64,000 nt of DNA from Candidatus Levyibacteriota bacterium (GTDB lineage Bacteria > Patescibacteriota > Microgenomatia > Levybacterales > UBA12049). Position numbers and translations under genes: made by a program. The stretch spans positions 18,275-82,274 of the forward strand of contig PJMG01000005.1 in the NCBI GenBank assembly GCA_003173895.1. The letters are read 5' to 3'. Every line of letters begins with the position of its first letter. Position 1 is the stretch's first letter. The notes below the pieces were generated by a model. It saw only the letters and a program-made list of their open reading frames with translations. It made no database searches and was not told the origin of the DNA. Positions 28,359 to 37,462 of this stretch are shown here, piece by piece.

Positions 28359-29609
28359 ATGTCTTCTGAAAGACAACCTATCAGCATGCCTTCTTCGATT
28401 AATGGAGGAGAAAATTTTATAAAAGATGTGATGCCAACAGCCACTATGGCGGAAGTCATAAAAATAGTGGAATTAATGAGCAACTTGAAAGATAGTGATA
28501 AAGTAGTTATACAAATGGGAGGACCATTAGGTGATACTACAGTTCAAACAGCTCAACTTCGAGGTCTATTAAATATAATAGATTATTTAGATAAAAAAGT
28601 TTCTATAAGTGTTTGTGTGGATGCTGATAAACAGAAATTATTAGAACCATATGAAAAAATTCATAAAAATCTTCAAGTAATTGGAGTTTCAAATACTTCC
28701 GATGCAACTAATAATTTAATTCAAGATGCTAGAGATAGTGGTAAGAGTATTTTTATTTTTGATACCAGAGATAAAAAAAACTCACCTTCGGGAACTAAAC
28801 TTAGAATTGATAAAGAATATAATGAAGGAAAAAATACTACAATTGTTAGAGTTTCTAATGTTTTTAAAGCTGCTCTTTTTTCATACGAGGATTCAGGATT
28901 TGATAGAGTCGGAATTTTTATGAAAGGTCTATTTAATCTACCCGCGAACTCATTTTCTGATAGAAAAGCCAGACCACATATTCCTATTATAGGAAGTCGA
29001 GAAGAGTTAAGAGAAATATTTAACGAAGAACTAGGAATTGATTATAATACTGTTCAGATTACTATTTTACCTGAAGCCGGTATAGCTGAAAAAAGATATC
29101 CACTACTCTACTGGTTTAAAGCATTCAGAAAAACTTTATCATATTTAGCAGAACATAACTTTGACAAAAATATTACTCTAAATATTATTTATAATCAGGA
29201 TGCTCATCCAGAAATGATCACTCCACTCAGACTTTTTTCTCTAGCATTTTTAGGTAGTGGTATAAAGGGAAAAGTAAATTTCCTTTCTGGTCCTATAGAA
29301 AATATTGCTAAATTTTTAGCTACTCAAGATATCGTAGATACTAATGACACGGGATTTAATCATATCGCTGCAGGACTTACTTTTTATGATGACAATGGAA
29401 ATGAATTGAGAGATCAGGAAACTCCTGAAGTAGTTGGAGTTTATTTAAATTCCCATTTAATGGAGGATTGGACACTAAATGAAAAACAAAGAGGTATGGC
29501 ACCTGATGTTTTAACATATAGAGGCATAAAAGAAGTGGAACCAGAATTAGTAGCACTTTATAATCTGCAAGCTATGTTAAGAAGAGGATTATTAAATTAT
29601 TTTAGTTAA
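28359..29609 (+). CDS. GT9 (ADP-heptose transferase)-like glycosyltransferase
   Basis: GPLGDT near the N-terminus, EKRYP, TNDTGFNHIAAGL. Confidence 0.65.
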   Translation: MSSERQPISMPSSINGGENFIKDVMPTATMAEVIKIVELMSNLKDSDKVVIQMGGPLGDTTVQTAQLRGLLNIIDYLDKKVSISVCVDADKQKLLEPYEKIHKNLQVIGVSNTSDATNNLIQDARDSGKSIFIFDTRDKKNSPSGTKLRIDKEYNEGKNTTIVRVSNVFKAALFSYEDSGFDRVGIFMKGLFNLPANSFSDRKARPHIPIIGSREELREIFNEELGIDYNTVQITILPEAGIAEKRYPLLYWFKAFRKTLSYLAEHNFDKNITLNIIYNQDAHPEMITPLRLFSLAFLGSGIKGKVNFLSGPIENIAKFLATQDIVDTNDTGFNHIAAGLTFYDDNGNELRDQETPEVVGVYLNSHLMEDWTLNEKQRGMAPDVLTYRGIKEVEPELVALYNLQAMLRRGLLNYFS

Positions 29610-29616
29610 TTTATAA

Positions 29617-31509
29617 TTATTGATTAGCTATGATGACGTCATAAGGCTCATTTAAATAATCACAAATTTCTTGCAATTCATCTTGGGTATATGCTTCTCC
29701 TTTTCCAAAGACCTTAGATAATAAGATTATCTGATTTATAGTATCAGCAGCTCTACGAAGAGGTTCAGTTACTCGTATAAATCCTTTTTTATTAACAGAT
29801 TGAGTAGGGTCTAAGGTATAACGCGAATAACGCGTATTTTTAAAAGTAAGAGCATTTTGTAAATGTAAAGCAGTAGTCATAGGCTCTTGTGTCATATATT
29901 GTCCGATTAATCTGCTTATAAGTACCATAAATTCTGCTACAATTCTTTCAGAGGTCCTATCTAAGAAGTATTTGTTATCTATGGAATGAATATATTCTCC
30001 ATGTTCATGTCTTTTCCTTGCTAATGTATCAGCAATAGTTCGAGCTTGTTGTAATACTCTACCCTTTTGGGTATTTTCCATATAGGGTAGATCTCCCATA
30101 GCGTAAGTTAAGTTATTAGTAATATATATTGTAGTTAATTCTAAATTTAAATTTGGATCTACTCCATCTTCAAAAAACTCCTTATTAAAATCAATAGTAA
30201 ATGTTATGGTAGGGTGAGTCATACCAGCAGCCATATTTAAATTACCATAAGCAAATTCATCGGGGAAAATTGGTACACCCAATTGTTTATAACGTCTTTT
30301 AATAGCTTCTTCTATTAATTCAGGTTTACCTGCTAAAAGCGACGCAGCATCACCAGTACTTATTTCTAATCTAAATCTTCTCTCTGATAATTTTTTAACC
30401 CAAAATGCATCTTCAAAAAGTTTAGCTTCTTCGGTATCAACAGTAATCGCCTTTTTTTGTATTCTTCTTTGCATTATATTTTCAGCTTCTACATTAGATT
30501 GTCTAGCTAGTTCAATAAGTAAAGGTTCAAATTGCCCGGGAGCTATAGGTAAAATTAATGGTGAAGGTAACTCTTCTTCTACCTTTTCTTCTTTTCTTTT
30601 GAAAGCAGTTGCTATTTTAGTATGAAATTTAATTAAGATTTCTTCATTAGTATCTTCATCTGTAGAATCTACATAACTTCTTACAGACTCCCAAAGTGCG
30701 CGTTCTGTTTTTCCTTTTGGAAAGTTGTTATCATCTTTCATAAAAGAAAACAGTTTATTAGCATAATATGTTAAAGCCATTTTTAACTGTCCACTATGCA
30801 TATACTTACCTTGAAATTTCCCGGGAGTTTCTATAAGACCAATCATCTGAGATAAAGTACCATAACTAGTATAAGTATCCTCAGGTAATTTAACTCCTAA
30901 CAGAGTTTTACGTTCCTCGTCTGAGAGTAATAAATTATCTCCATCAAATTTAACATCCATCATAAAATGTGTAAGAGCGTTAACCATTTTAGCTGGAATG
31001 TGATTTTTTTTAGTTTCTGCTTCTTCGGGAGTTAAATAATACTCATCAAATTGGTCTTGTAAACTTTCTACATATGCTTTATCTAAATAGGGAGATTCCC
31101 ATAGAACCTTTAAATTTTTTTCTACTGTTGGTTTTTCACTATCGCGCCTTAACCTTTCTTCACGAGATTGTTGTGCGTATGCATTGAGAGTAGGTATAGC
31201 CTGTTCTTCTAAAAAACTAATAAGTTTAGTTTGTCCTATAGCATCAGTAATTCGCTGTCTGATTTTACTTGTAGTAACAGTTTCCTGAGAAAATAAAGCT
31301 GATCGAGCCAATCTCCCTTTTTCAGATTGAGCGGAATCAATAAAAGTCTGTTGATCTCCTTTTGAAAGAGGGTTAATGATACCTTCTCTTAAGTGCGCTT
31401 CTAATTCATCAATATTTTCAGTGCCTAATAAATTTGCATACGCGGTTTCATTAATTATAGATCGAGGATCTTTTGGATTATAATTTGAATCACTTTCTCT
31501 TAATGGCAT
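29617..31509 (-). CDS. Protein with a degenerate C-terminal RNB (RNase II/R-like) domain
   Basis: AITVDTEEAKLFEDAF, ISTGDAA, NNLTY, IVAEFMVL, VTEPLRRAAD.INQ. Confidence 0.7.
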   Translation of the reverse strand: MPLRESDSNYNPKDPRSIINETAYANLLGTENIDELEAHLREGIINPLSKGDQQTFIDSAQSEKGRLARSALFSQETVTTSKIRQRITDAIGQTKLISFLEEQAIPTLNAYAQQSREERLRRDSEKPTVEKNLKVLWESPYLDKAYVESLQDQFDEYYLTPEEAETKKNHIPAKMVNALTHFMMDVKFDGDNLLLSDEERKTLLGVKLPEDTYTSYGTLSQMIGLIETPGKFQGKYMHSGQLKMALTYYANKLFSFMKDDNNFPKGKTERALWESVRSYVDSTDEDTNEEILIKFHTKIATAFKRKEEKVEEELPSPLILPIAPGQFEPLLIELARQSNVEAENIMQRRIQKKAITVDTEEAKLFEDAFWVKKLSERRFRLEISTGDAASLLAGKPELIEEAIKRRYKQLGVPIFPDEFAYGNLNMAAGMTHPTITFTIDFNKEFFEDGVDPNLNLELTTIYITNNLTYAMGDLPYMENTQKGRVLQQARTIADTLARKRHEHGEYIHSIDNKYFLDRTSERIVAEFMVLISRLIGQYMTQEPMTTALHLQNALTFKNTRYSRYTLDPTQSVNKKGFIRVTEPLRRAADTINQIILLSKVFGKGEAYTQDELQEICDYLNEPYDVIIANQ

Positions 31510-31610
31510 AATTTATTACGTTGATGGACAGGAGCTTAAAACATTATACTATGTGGCTAATTCTTAATCAATCAGATTTTGTTGAATCTACGACAAAAAT
31601 TATTGAAGTG

Positions 31611-31683
31611 TGCGCCCAGAGGGATTCGAACCCCCGACCCCATCGTTAGAACCGATATGCTCTATCCACTGAGCTATGGGCGC
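31611..31683 (-). tRNA. tRNA-Arg(UCU)
   Basis: GCGCCCA...TGGGCGC-A, loop GT-TCT-AA, T loop TTCGAAT. Confidence 0.93.
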
Positions 31684-31743
31684 ATATATCCATTTTACCA
31701 AAGGAAGGTATTGAATTCAATGAAGCTATAATTAATCTAATAG

Positions 31744-33264
31744 CTATAGGTGCTTAGTTAAAGAAAACATAAAACGGATTATGGTTTGTAAGTCTACATT
31801 TTCAGATTGAGCTTGTATATATAAACGAGGAGAAACAAAAGCATCTAAATAAGCATCGTTAATTATATCTAATGCCCGACTAATAGGATTACTGGGATAA
31901 GTTTGTGGCCGATCTGTATCATCACTTGTAGTCTCAAAAGGAAAAAAAGAAAGAGGAGGATTTACAAAAACATGAGTCACATCAGCGGTAAATTGCTTAA
32001 ACACTGCTGAGACTATTGGATTTTTTAAAAATTGTTTTTTTTGGGAAGGAGACAAATTATGTAAACGCGATAATATACCATATGCTAAACGTTCGAATCT
32101 AAACAAATTATCATTTTCATCTTGATATCTTTGGTCTGTATTCGCCTGCGGATCTAAAAAGGGAAATTTTACTCCCAAACTTTCCATATGTTGCTCCATT
32201 TTAAAAATGGTTGCTATATCAGGTACAGCTAACCAGTTAATCACTTCTACAGAATTAGTGTAATATAAACCTCTAGCATATAGCCATGGATCTTGATTAA
32301 ATTTTTCTAAAAACTCAGTAAGTTGAGAAGTATAAGTAGTTAAATAATTAAATGTTCTTCCACGATGAAGATACTTTTTATTTTCAGGTAAATGCCATCT
32401 GTCATTAAGAGAATGTCTTATTTCATGTAAATTTACCCATACCGCCTCTTCTAAATGTTCTTTTTTTATATTTTGAATTTGATTTTGATTAAGATTGTTA
32501 AACATAAACTTCAAAAGTTCGGTGGTATACATATCAAAACCTAACGCTGCACCCTCCCCTTGAGCATTTCCTCCTTGATAGTATCCTAAATATTGATTAA
32601 CAATAGATGGATGTGTGAGGATAGCAGTGGAAGGTAAACAAATAGCAGCTCCAGGTATAATATTAAATAAATTTTGATAAAAATCATGCATGTTTTGGGT
32701 AGTTTCTGTATCGGCTTCTCGTAGTACACCAGTCGGATATTGTTGTAAAACAGTAAGCGCTTTGGTTCGTTCTCCTTGTTTTCCTTGAGCAAGATTTAAA
32801 ATATTTTCCCACTGTTTAAACTGAAATTCTGGATCACTAGAATCTAATTCTGTAACTCTTGCTAAGTCATCACCCCAATTATCTCTAAAATATACTAAAC
32901 ACTCTTGAAATTTTGCGCCTTCAGCAGTGTTAGTTTTTACTCTACCTTTTCTATCTAAAAATGTTCCCTTAGCACTATCTTCTAAAAGTTGAGTTAATTC
33001 TGGATGAAAAGGGGGAAAATCAGGCATAAACCCAAATTTTCTCTGAAATTCAACTAAACTTTGATAATATGGTAGAAAATCAGTAATACCTAACCGTTCA
33101 AAATTTATTTCTACTTGTTCTGGAGAAAAATTCTCTTCTGGCTGTGTTTCCTGATTAAATTTAGTTAAAAACCTATTTAATTGATTTTCTGCTCCTGCTC
33201 CTACGACTGCAGCAGCAATTGATCCACCTATTAATTTTCGTCTACTAATATCTTTTTCTAACAT
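31744..33264 (-). CDS. Hypothetical protein with twin-arginine-like N-terminus and an HExxH motif
   Basis: ISRRKLIGG followed by a hydrophobic segment; NLHEIRHSL. Confidence 0.65.
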   Translation of the reverse strand: MLEKDISRRKLIGGSIAAAVVGAGAENQLNRFLTKFNQETQPEENFSPEQVEINFERLGITDFLPYYQSLVEFQRKFGFMPDFPPFHPELTQLLEDSAKGTFLDRKGRVKTNTAEGAKFQECLVYFRDNWGDDLARVTELDSSDPEFQFKQWENILNLAQGKQGERTKALTVLQQYPTGVLREADTETTQNMHDFYQNLFNIIPGAAICLPSTAILTHPSIVNQYLGYYQGGNAQGEGAALGFDMYTTELLKFMFNNLNQNQIQNIKKEHLEEAVWVNLHEIRHSLNDRWHLPENKKYLHRGRTFNYLTTYTSQLTEFLEKFNQDPWLYARGLYYTNSVEVINWLAVPDIATIFKMEQHMESLGVKFPFLDPQANTDQRYQDENDNLFRFERLAYGILSRLHNLSPSQKKQFLKNPIVSAVFKQFTADVTHVFVNPPLSFFPFETTSDDTDRPQTYPSNPISRALDIINDAYLDAFVSPRLYIQAQSENVDLQTIIRFMFSLTKHL

Positions 33265-33373
33265 AGCCCATATTGTATAAAAAATGAATCAAAAATTCAA
33301 TAAAAATAAGTACTATATTAATTATTAGAAATATTGAACTAGTTTGATAGAAGTAAATAAATTAAATAATTTA

Positions 33374-34132
33374 TTATAATTCCCACCATTGATCCGGTAT
33401 TGGATCTCTGAAGAAAAGAATGCGGCGAGAAGGAGGTGGAGTAAAACCTTTAATTTCTTTATATAAGTTGTACATTACATATTCAAATTCCTTCAAAGCC
33501 TTATTATTAATCTTTGCTGCTCTGCGCTCGCGTTTATGTAGTCGAGCTTGAGAAAGGTCTAAGGGCATGAATTTCCAACTTCCATCCGAATATATAAAAT
33601 TTTCAAAAATATCATCTGGAGCTAAATGATGTCCTTCCTGAGTTAACTTATTAGTCCAATCAGTAACTTTAGCTTTAATTTCAGGCCAATGATTATGAAT
33701 AATATTTACGAATTTAGGGTCATTAATAGGATCTTTAGATAAAGGATCATTTTGATATGCACGTAATCTTTTTTTGCCATACATAATAACTCCTTTTTGG
33801 TCTTCATCAGTCATTACTATTCTACGGCGATCAATTTTTCTTACTGTTTCCACTACAGGTATACCTAATTCTTTAAATACATTTCTTTTCTCTATAAACT
33901 GATCTGCATTATTCCACTTAAGAAATTTTTCTACTAAATAAATAGTACGAGTTCCAAGGAGAGCTATAAGCTTATATTTGGTCTCTTCTCCACCATTTAT
34001 TTTTTCTGCAGAAAGAACGTTTATTTTAGTAATATGAGGTTTACCTGTTTGAGAATCAATTATACGTGGATGAATTAACCGTAATTCATTTGACTCTACG
34101 GATTGAGGAGCTATGTAGTCTAACAAACTCAT
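33374..34132 (-). CDS. Hypothetical protein, possible protein-kinase-like fold (probable start MSLLD)
   Basis: YLVEK, LGIPVVE, IVMTD, PDD, FMPLDLS arranged like atypical kinase motifs. Confidence 0.5.
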   Translation of the reverse strand: MSLLDYIAPQSVESNELRLIHPRIIDSQTGKPHITKINVLSAEKINGGEETKYKLIALLGTRTIYLVEKFLKWNNADQFIEKRNVFKELGIPVVETVRKIDRRRIVMTDEDQKGVIMYGKKRLRAYQNDPLSKDPINDPKFVNIIHNHWPEIKAKVTDWTNKLTQEGHHLAPDDIFENFIYSDGSWKFMPLDLSQARLHKRERRAAKINNKALKEFEYVMYNLYKEIKGFTPPPSRRILFFRDPIPDQWWEL

Positions 34133-34215
34133 GTCGAGAATATAACACATCTTATAATAAATTGCAAAATTACATTTATTGCTTTTGATTTAGTAAAAAA
34201 TTACAATAATTCTCT

Positions 34216-35394
34216 ATGAGTTTAGAGCAAGAAGGAGCTGAAGGTTTATCTCAAGTCAGCTTAAGAGATAGATTAGTAGCTACTAGTGAAATTTTCAGAT
34301 GCGATAAATACCTTTTATATCCTGATTTAGGAGATTTTCCAGCCTACCAAATACCTAGGGTATTATTAAATCATGTTAAAATTGTAAGTTTGTTAGATAT
34401 ACCGAGAGAAAATATTAATCCGTTATTTGAACTTCAAAATGCTGTTATTAAACTTTTGGAATCAGGGAGTAAAAATCCATTTGCTCTAGCTAGTAAGGAA
34501 TCTATAAATGCTTACATTAATTTAGCCCAAATGCATTTGGCAGTGGGGGAATTTTCAGAAGGAAGTGAAATTTTAAACCAGCTAAATCCTGATGATGTCA
34601 TTGATATAAAACTAGAAATAGCAAATGAAATTATGGAAAGACCTATGACAGAAGATGGGTGGGTTTTTATAAATGATATTTTTGATCATAGAGGAGACTA
34701 TGATCCAGAACAATTGGTGAATACTTTACTCAGAAGAGCATCTATCCAACCTACTTTAGAAAATAAGATAACAGATTTAATGGACACATTAGAACTATTA
34801 GGAACATTTAATAAACCTACTGCAGGCACTTTTGATTTTGCTTATGAGAAGATTGCGCTAAATTTAGCTAATTTGGCAAAAAACGAACCAGAAATGCATT
34901 CTTTTACAGATAAAATTCTTACAACTGTAGAAAAATTGATTGGGGAAAATGTAGGAGGTTATAATAGAAATGCAGAGGGATTAACGATAGCATCTATAGA
35001 TCTTTTTGATCAAGCTATATCTTCATGGGATTTAGGTTCAAGTTATTTATCACCAGATAATGATATACGTTTAACAGAATATATGGCAGATATGATGGAA
35101 GTTAATTCTCCTCTCTTAAAGCCATTAATACTTGCTAATCCAAATTTAAATCCATTTAAACTATTTGTAGAACAACATTCTAAAAAAGAACTTTTAATAA
35201 CTAGAATTTTAGCAAATATGCTACAAATGTTTCCCGTTAATACAGTTTTTAACTATGATCGTTACAAAAAAATCCAACTAACTCCTGAAGAGTTATCTAA
35301 TCTCAGGGAAGTGGAAGTTGTTGAACTTAATAATTTATCAAGCGAAGATGAAGAGCTTAAAAATGCACTAGAAATATTAGGTTTGAGCAAATGA
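34216..35394 (+). CDS. Hypothetical helical-repeat-like protein (N-terminus MSLEQE)
   Basis: 392-aa ORF; its stop codon overlaps the tRNA-Gly 3' end. Confidence 0.65.
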   Translation: MSLEQEGAEGLSQVSLRDRLVATSEIFRCDKYLLYPDLGDFPAYQIPRVLLNHVKIVSLLDIPRENINPLFELQNAVIKLLESGSKNPFALASKESINAYINLAQMHLAVGEFSEGSEILNQLNPDDVIDIKLEIANEIMERPMTEDGWVFINDIFDHRGDYDPEQLVNTLLRRASIQPTLENKITDLMDTLELLGTFNKPTAGTFDFAYEKIALNLANLAKNEPEMHSFTDKILTTVEKLIGENVGGYNRNAEGLTIASIDLFDQAISSWDLGSSYLSPDNDIRLTEYMADMMEVNSPLLKPLILANPNLNPFKLFVEQHSKKELLITRILANMLQMFPVNTVFNYDRYKKIQLTPEELSNLREVEVVELNNLSSEDEELKNALEILGLSK

Positions 35395-35465
35395 GCGGGC
35401 GACCAGACTCGAACTGGCGACATTCTGCTTGGAAAGCAGATGTTCTACCACTGAACTACGCCCGC
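35394..35465 (-). tRNA. tRNA-Gly(UCC)
   Basis: GCGGGCG...CGCCCGC-T, loop TT-TCC-AA, T loop TTCGAGT. Confidence 0.95.
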
Positions 35466-35471
35466 GAACTC

Positions 35472-35565
35472 CGTTTGGGACAAAACCTACGGTTTCTTCC
35501 CAACGATCTCCCCTAAAAAGTTGCGCGACAACGGTAATTCCGAAACGAGCGTTGTAACCGCGCAA
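35472..35565. other. GC-rich double hairpin upstream of tRNA-Gly
   Basis: Stems TTGCGCG/CGCGCAA and ACAACG/CGTTGT (35521-35565); CGTTTGGGA/TCCCAACG and AAACC/GGTTT (35472-35505). Confidence 0.55.
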
Positions 35566-35627
35566 TTATTGATAGTAATTATTATATCAAAAAAACAGAT
35601 ATAAACAAAAGAGAAAATTGTTTAAAT

Positions 35628-36203
35628 TTACTTTATGTATGTGTGCAATAAGGTTAAGTATTTTCCATAATTAGCGTAAATTAAATACGCATTAATTAAA
35701 ATTAAAAGTGGAAATACCATAAATTTTTCTACGAAACTTCCAGTTCTGACTCTTAAAAATTCTAAAGGTGGAAAACCAAATTTGATTGGTATCGGAAAAA
35801 GCCAGGGTACACCTTCACGAGTGAAAGTATCCATTATTAAATGCGATCCATAGCCTATCATAAAACTCCACCAAACTATGTTCATATTTACTAAAATTAC
35901 GTGGTTGGCTAATTGTAATAAGTAATGCGAAAGAAACCCAAAAAGCGCAAATCCCAATAAAGAATGTGAAACATGTCGATGTCCACCTAAAAAAGGTGTA
36001 AACACTCGACTATACACTCCTCCAGCTGGTAATTTATGCCAAAGATCTCCTGTGGGTTGATCGATATCAGGCGTTAAACCACCTATCATATTAGCACTAA
36101 AAGCGAAAAATGCAGTTCCAAGTGAAATGTGAAATAAAGGGAAAGTTACTATAATAGTATTTAAAGCTGTGAAAGCTGCTAAATCATGAGTTCTTCCTGT
36201 CAT
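35628..36203 (-). CDS. Membrane-bound metal-dependent hydrolase (YdjM-like)
   Basis: MTGRTH, PDID, HRHVSHS, SHLIMDTFT..GVPWLFP. Confidence 0.88.
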   Translation of the reverse strand: MTGRTHDLAAFTALNTIIVTFPLFHISLGTAFFAFSANMIGGLTPDIDQPTGDLWHKLPAGGVYSRVFTPFLGGHRHVSHSLLGFALFGFLSHYLLQLANHVILVNMNIVWWSFMIGYGSHLIMDTFTREGVPWLFPIPIKFGFPPLEFLRVRTGSFVEKFMVFPLLILINAYLIYANYGKYLTLLHTYIK

Positions 36204-36273
36204 ATATTTATGATAGCAAAAATATTTCTTGAAGGAGTTGGGATTTTAAGATACAATACTACTATTATCTCAC

Positions 36274-36357
36274 GCTGCGGTGGTGGAATGGCAGACACGA
36301 GGGCCTTAAGAGCCTTTGCCTTTAACGGGTGTGAGGGTTCGACTCCCTCTCGCAGCA
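36274..36357 (+). tRNA. tRNA-Leu(UAA)
   Basis: GCTGCGG...TCGCAGC-A, loop CT-TAA-GA, long variable arm; no intron. Confidence 0.95.
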
Positions 36358-36390
36358 CTTAACTTCATTTGTATACGACTCACTCTTTTA

Positions 36391-37017
36391 TTATTCTGTA
36401 GGAAGCTGTTCTAATTTTTTCATTGCCTTTGCTCGATTGTATCGCTGAAGCATAACAGAATAACCAGTATAGGCAAGTGCTACTGGCCACGGAAAAGTAA
36501 AAAAAAGCAATCCACCCACTAATAAATGTCCAATCTCTCCCCATTTTGTAATACCAATTAATCCTTCTAATTGTTCTCTATCATGTGAATCCAGTTTAGG
36601 TCGTTTAAAAATTCTTTTTACTAATTGCCCGCCGGTTGGTACTAAAAACTTAACTAATCTTATTCCAAGTACTTCATAAAGGGGCATTTCAAAACTTTTA
36701 GGCTTAAAGTACCAATTAGCTACTCTATTCAGAAATGATTTTCTTTTCTTCTTATTCCATCCAAATGTGTCTGGAGCAAAACCTACTGCTTTAAGCCAGT
36801 CTTGATCATTAAGTTTTGCAAGTGCTTCCGGATCAGTTAATAAACTTCTGTCTATATCAGGTTTTTTAATTTCTGTTTCAGGTGAAAGATTTTTTTGTAA
36901 AGAAGACCTTTCTGGATCAACAGAACTCATTCGTCTATCATTTCTCAGTTCATTATTGGGAGGAATGCTACCATTAAAACTATCTGGACTCTGAGACGGC
37001 ATTTCAGAATTTGGCAT
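36391..37017 (-). CDS. CrtO-like (glycosyl-diaponeurosporenoate acyltransferase family) membrane protein with a disordered N-terminal extension
   Basis: LYEVLGIR, TKWGEIGH, MLQRYNR. Confidence 0.55.
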   Translation of the reverse strand: MPNSEMPSQSPDSFNGSIPPNNELRNDRRMSSVDPERSSLQKNLSPETEIKKPDIDRSLLTDPEALAKLNDQDWLKAVGFAPDTFGWNKKKRKSFLNRVANWYFKPKSFEMPLYEVLGIRLVKFLVPTGGQLVKRIFKRPKLDSHDREQLEGLIGITKWGEIGHLLVGGLLFFTFPWPVALAYTGYSVMLQRYNRAKAMKKLEQLPTE

Positions 37018-37135
37018 AGGTAAGATATTATGGGATTAAAATGATTTTGTCAAATATAAAAGATAAGAGTAATATGAGCTGATAAATGAGAATCCGCTTT
37101 AATCGATCTAGACTAAAAGGAATTAGTATTAAATA

Positions 37136-37423
37136 CTAAGAAGGTTCGTGAACGACTAAAAAATTTCCTACTGGTAAACGCATTCTACCTGAAACTCTAG
37201 TAGAGGGTAAGTTACTACTACGAGCTGTTTCAGCACTTCCATAACCTTCAGGATAAGTAGCATTAGGTGCATAATCTTCTACTATAACCGGTTCTCCATT
37301 AAGTGTTCCACTATTTTGCCAATTTGTTGTGTGATCAGCAATTACGGGGTCTTCATTTATATTAATTGTACTGTAAACTATGGTTCTGCAAAATTTGATT
37401 TTATTGTCAGGTTTTTCAACCAT
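37136..37423 (-). CDS. Hypothetical protein
   Basis: 95-aa ORF. Confidence 0.45.
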   Translation of the reverse strand: MVEKPDNKIKFCRTIVYSTININEDPVIADHTTNWQNSGTLNGEPVIVEDYAPNATYPEGYGSAETARSSNLPSTRVSGRMRLPVGNFLVVHEPS

Positions 37424-37462
37424 AAAATGACTTTATCATATTGTATGTTTTAAATCAAACAA

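Noticed and set aside
35377-35565. 62-aa ORF on the minus strand
   Set aside because: It reads through tRNA-Gly and its structured leader, so it is a shadow ORF
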